In this document: piece after piece, positions 21,606 to 21,660 of the stretch | Position numbering within the stretch: the first letter of the stretch is position 1 | How the letters are laid out: every line of letters starts with the position of its first letter | Origin: Tubiluchus corallicola | Taxonomy: Eukaryota > Animalia > Priapulida | DNA length: 21,660 nt | Assembly: GCA_030141605.1 (NCBI GenBank) | Contig: JAQGDQ010001900.1 | Coordinates: 1 to 21,660, forward strand | Direction: 5' to 3' | Position numbers and translations under genes: made by a program | Notes under the pieces: model-generated | What the model was told of the DNA's origin: nothing | Databases searched by the model: none | What the model saw: the letters and a program-made list of their open reading frames with translations, nothing else

Positions 21606-21660
21606 GTAAGTAAATTTAAATTGTAGCTGAGTAAATGCGCGAGCATGCGCAGATCGAGTG

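Overview
AT-rich, repeat-dense eukaryotic (animal-like, probably invertebrate) genomic DNA. There is no prokaryotic operon or CRISPR array, and most ORFs in the supplied track are artefacts. Reading splice signals by hand gives the first four coding exons of a + strand gene (17664-21605, continuing past the window). It encodes a secreted protein with a pentraxin/LamG-like domain and is missed by the ORF track. Its introns hold a complete Buster-type hAT MITE with an 8-bp TSD, a sense-oriented minimal Penelope-type hammerhead ribozyme and a long (TTAC)n tract. A second spliced transcript on the - strand is suggested by short exons at 1-522 and a possible first exon near 8810-8890; its coding status is unknown. 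The rest contains two RTE-like LINE 3' fragments with TSDs (one with four tandem 3' ends), a decayed 5S-rRNA-derived triple repeat, duplicated TTAA-AGG (Kolobok/T2-like) ends, and many distinct minisatellites. All calls were made by eye; no searches were run.
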